Assembly: GCA_963843795.1 (NCBI GenBank)
Contig: CAWJLW010000006.1
Coordinates: 2,554,375 to 2,618,374 of the forward strand
Length of the DNA stretch: 64,000 nt
Origin: an uncultured bacterium
GTDB taxonomy: Bacteria > Armatimonadota > Abditibacteriia > Abditibacteriales > Abditibacteriaceae
Direction: 5' to 3'
Shown: positions 61,484 through 64,000 of the stretch, one piece after another
How positions within the stretch are numbered: the stretch's first letter is position 1
Layout of the letters: every line of letters begins with the position of its first letter
Position numbers and translations under genes: made by a program
Notes under the pieces: generated by a model
What the model was told of the DNA's origin: nothing
What the model saw: only the letters and a program-made list of their open reading frames with translations
Databases searched by the model: none

Positions 61484-62443
61484 TCAGTGGCCTAACGTAG
61501 TTGGCTCTTGCGCCTCGCCCCCACTTAAGCGCGCTTTGTGATGACGCTCGCCATCAGACATTATGCCATCGCCCGCTGAACTTTTGTTGTCGTCGTGAGG
61601 ATTGTGTTCCAACGCACTGGCTTCGAGCGCACTCAGTTCCTGCAATTGCTCGCTCGCCGTTTTGGTGCGCCATAACACGCTTTCCAAATCGGCCAACACG
61701 CGCTCCGGTGCGCGCGCCCGCAACTGGTCTTGCACCAAGCCAAACGTATCTTCCAACAATTCCAGCTGCTGCAAAAGCACATCGCGCATCTGCGAAGAAC
61801 GCTCTGCCCAATCGCTGCGCCGCTGTAAAACCTCGCGGCGATTTTTCAATAATTGCTGGCGTCCAAAATCTGCTTCGTGCGCCAATTGGTTTTCTAACTG
61901 CGCGATTTCGCGCGCGTAACCATTGCGAATTCGCGCGACCATAGGCACGATTTGATTTTGCGTAACTGGCGGCGCCCCTGCGGTTTGCGCATCCGATAAC
62001 ATGGCGTGCGCTTGTTCCAAAGCGCTGCGAATTTCCTGCTCGCGCGCGCCAAATTCCAGCCATTTTTCCAACAAATCATCCAATTTATCGACGATGGGAC
62101 GAAACCATTGCGGATCGTCATCGATCTTCGCGGCGACACTCTCGCGCACATTTTCCAAACGAATCCAACGCGCCTGCATCACCGCCGAAAGTTGAGAGAG
62201 ATAAAGACGTTTCACAACCGCTCGCCGTTCGTGCTCGCCTTCTTCGTTGCGCTCTGCGAGGCGCGCGCGATACCAGCTGGAATTAGGCACCAAAACCAGA
62301 TACAAACCTTCCAGAGCCACGCCCAGAAGCAAAGGTCGCACATCTGTGGTCGCCGCTGCCAGCGTCGCGGTGGTCGCCAGCGCCACGACATTGACGTTTT
62401 CTTTGAACGCAGCCCAAAATCTGTTCATCGCTTCATTTTGCAA
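61484..62443 (-). CDS. membrane-anchored coiled-coil protein
   Basis: Two N-terminal hydrophobic segments followed by a helical coiled coil. Confidence 0.7.
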   Translation of the reverse strand: MQNEAMNRFWAAFKENVNVVALATTATLAAATTDVRPLLLGVALEGLYLVLVPNSSWYRARLAERNEEGEHERRAVVKRLYLSQLSAVMQARWIRLENVRESVAAKIDDDPQWFRPIVDKLDDLLEKWLEFGAREQEIRSALEQAHAMLSDAQTAGAPPVTQNQIVPMVARIRNGYAREIAQLENQLAHEADFGRQQLLKNRREVLQRRSDWAERSSQMRDVLLQQLELLEDTFGLVQDQLRARAPERVLADLESVLWRTKTASEQLQELSALEASALEHNPHDDNKSSAGDGIMSDGERHHKARLSGGEAQEPTTLGH

Positions 62444-62472
62444 TAATCAGCATCTGCAAGTACTTGCACGCT

Positions 62473-63978
62473 TTACAATCCATACAAATCGCCGTACTTA
62501 CCTTGCAAGTACTTGCAGTAAGGTTCGATATCCAAAGCGCGGCCCGTCGCGCGCTCGACCAATTCCGCCGCCGTCCACACGCTGCCGCTTTGATACACAT
62601 TATCACGCAACCATCCCAAAAGTGCGCTGTATTCGCCGCGCGCAATATCGTTGGAAATTTGCGGTTGAGCTTTTAAGGCGGCTTCATAGAATTGAGCCGA
62701 TAAAATGTTGCCGAGCGTATAGCCTTGAAACGCGCCGCCAATCGTGCCGCCAAACCAATGTACATCTTGCAAACAACCGTCGCTGTCATCATCGGACGCA
62801 ACACCTAAATCGGAACGGTAACGTTCGCGCCATGCATCGGGCAAGTCGGAAACTTCGAGCGAACCGTCCAACAAGGCCAACTCTAAATCGAAACGAATCA
62901 TGACGTGCAGATTGTAAGTCACTTCGTCGGCATCGGTGCGAATGAGGGACGGCGCCACGCGATTGATGGCGCGATACCAATCGTCAACGGAAACATCACC
63001 AAGTTGAGACGGAAATTGATTTTGCAAATCCGAAAACCAGTGTGCCCAGAAACCTCGCGAGCGACCGACCAAATTTTCCCACAAGCGCGATTGCGCTTCG
63101 TGAACGCCCGAACTGGTGCCATTGGCCAGCGGCGTGGCTTCGTAATCGAGATTGATATTCTGCTCATAAAGCGCGTGCCCAGCTTCATGAAACGTCGAAA
63201 ACAAGGCTTCGGTCAGGTCGTCGTCTTTAACGCGCGTAGTGATGCGCACATCGCCCAGAGAAAACTTGGTCATGAACGGATGCGGCGTTTCGTCCTGACG
63301 ACCACGCGTGAAATCGTAGCCAAAACGGCCGATCACGGTTTCGGCCCACGCGATTTGTTCGGCACCGGGATAATTGCGACCTAAAAACGCCGTTTTCGGC
63401 TCGTCTTTTTCGGCAATTTGTGCGACCATCGGCACCAAACGTTCACGCAGCGGATCGAACATCTTGCGCACGCTTTCGACCGTCATGCCTTCATCGGAAA
63501 AATCGATTAGCGGATCGGCGATGTGCGCGTATCCGGGATAAAAGTTTGCCAATTCGCGCGATAAATCCAAGGTGCGCCTGAAATCGTCTTCGACGCTTTT
63601 CCAATCGTTATCGGGCCGCGCGCGCGTCCAATTTTGATACGCTTCGCTGAGATGATCGCTCAAGCGTGCTTCAAATTCTGCCGGAACCCGCGTCGCGCGC
63701 TCCCATTGTCGTTGCGTGACGCGAATCAAAGCCGCTTCGAAATTTGCGGGGTCGCTATCTTTTTCCAGCGGCTGCAATTCATCCAACCAGCGCCCAACTT
63801 GCGGATCAATAAATTTTTCGTGTGCCAAACGATTCAAGGTCGATAGCTGACGACCACGCGCAGGGGCGCCGCCGGGCGGCATATAGGTCGATTGATCCCA
63901 GTGCAAAAGCGCGCTCGCGCCGTGCAAATCATCGACTTCGCGCAGACGATTTTTCAAGTTTTCCAAAGTTGTATTCAT
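62473..63978 (-). CDS. M32 (carboxypeptidase Taq) metallopeptidase
   Basis: LL.WDQ, HPF, HEAGHALYEQ, HEAQSR, IRTDADE, GCLQDVHW. Confidence 0.95.
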   Translation of the reverse strand: MNTTLENLKNRLREVDDLHGASALLHWDQSTYMPPGGAPARGRQLSTLNRLAHEKFIDPQVGRWLDELQPLEKDSDPANFEAALIRVTQRQWERATRVPAEFEARLSDHLSEAYQNWTRARPDNDWKSVEDDFRRTLDLSRELANFYPGYAHIADPLIDFSDEGMTVESVRKMFDPLRERLVPMVAQIAEKDEPKTAFLGRNYPGAEQIAWAETVIGRFGYDFTRGRQDETPHPFMTKFSLGDVRITTRVKDDDLTEALFSTFHEAGHALYEQNINLDYEATPLANGTSSGVHEAQSRLWENLVGRSRGFWAHWFSDLQNQFPSQLGDVSVDDWYRAINRVAPSLIRTDADEVTYNLHVMIRFDLELALLDGSLEVSDLPDAWRERYRSDLGVASDDDSDGCLQDVHWFGGTIGGAFQGYTLGNILSAQFYEAALKAQPQISNDIARGEYSALLGWLRDNVYQSGSVWTAAELVERATGRALDIEPYCKYLQGKYGDLYGL

Positions 63979-64000
63979 AATGTTCGCTGCAAGTACTTGC

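Overview
Bacterial chromosomal segment, mostly housekeeping genes. The Firmicutes-like gene order and protein style suggest a Terrabacteria lineage such as Armatimonadota/Abditibacteriota (inference only). Contents: partial htrA; the accB-accC-nusB-folD-xseAB-ispA-dxs-nadK-recN cluster; recG, rsmD, hemB, cobA/hemD, purFM, icd, citrate synthase, aspC, lipA; three tRNAs; a complete IS5-family element interrupting a small membrane-protein gene; a vapBC module; three Tad pseudopilin genes; and a PspA(ESCRT-III-like)/AAA-ATPase cluster. The dominant unexplained signal is a highly iterated 12-bp palindrome, GCAAGTACTTGC. I counted 45 perfect copies by eye (about 1 per 1.4 kb; about 0.004 expected by chance) plus many near-matches. 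It occupies most intergenic gaps, sits in-frame in 13 places inside proteins, and seeds locus-specific perfect hairpins up to 60 bp. It also brackets accessory genes, including a Uma2 nuclease. It looks like a HIP1/uptake-sequence/REP-like chromosomal signature that I do not recognise. Several core genes carry single-base frameshifts that are most likely assembly errors.
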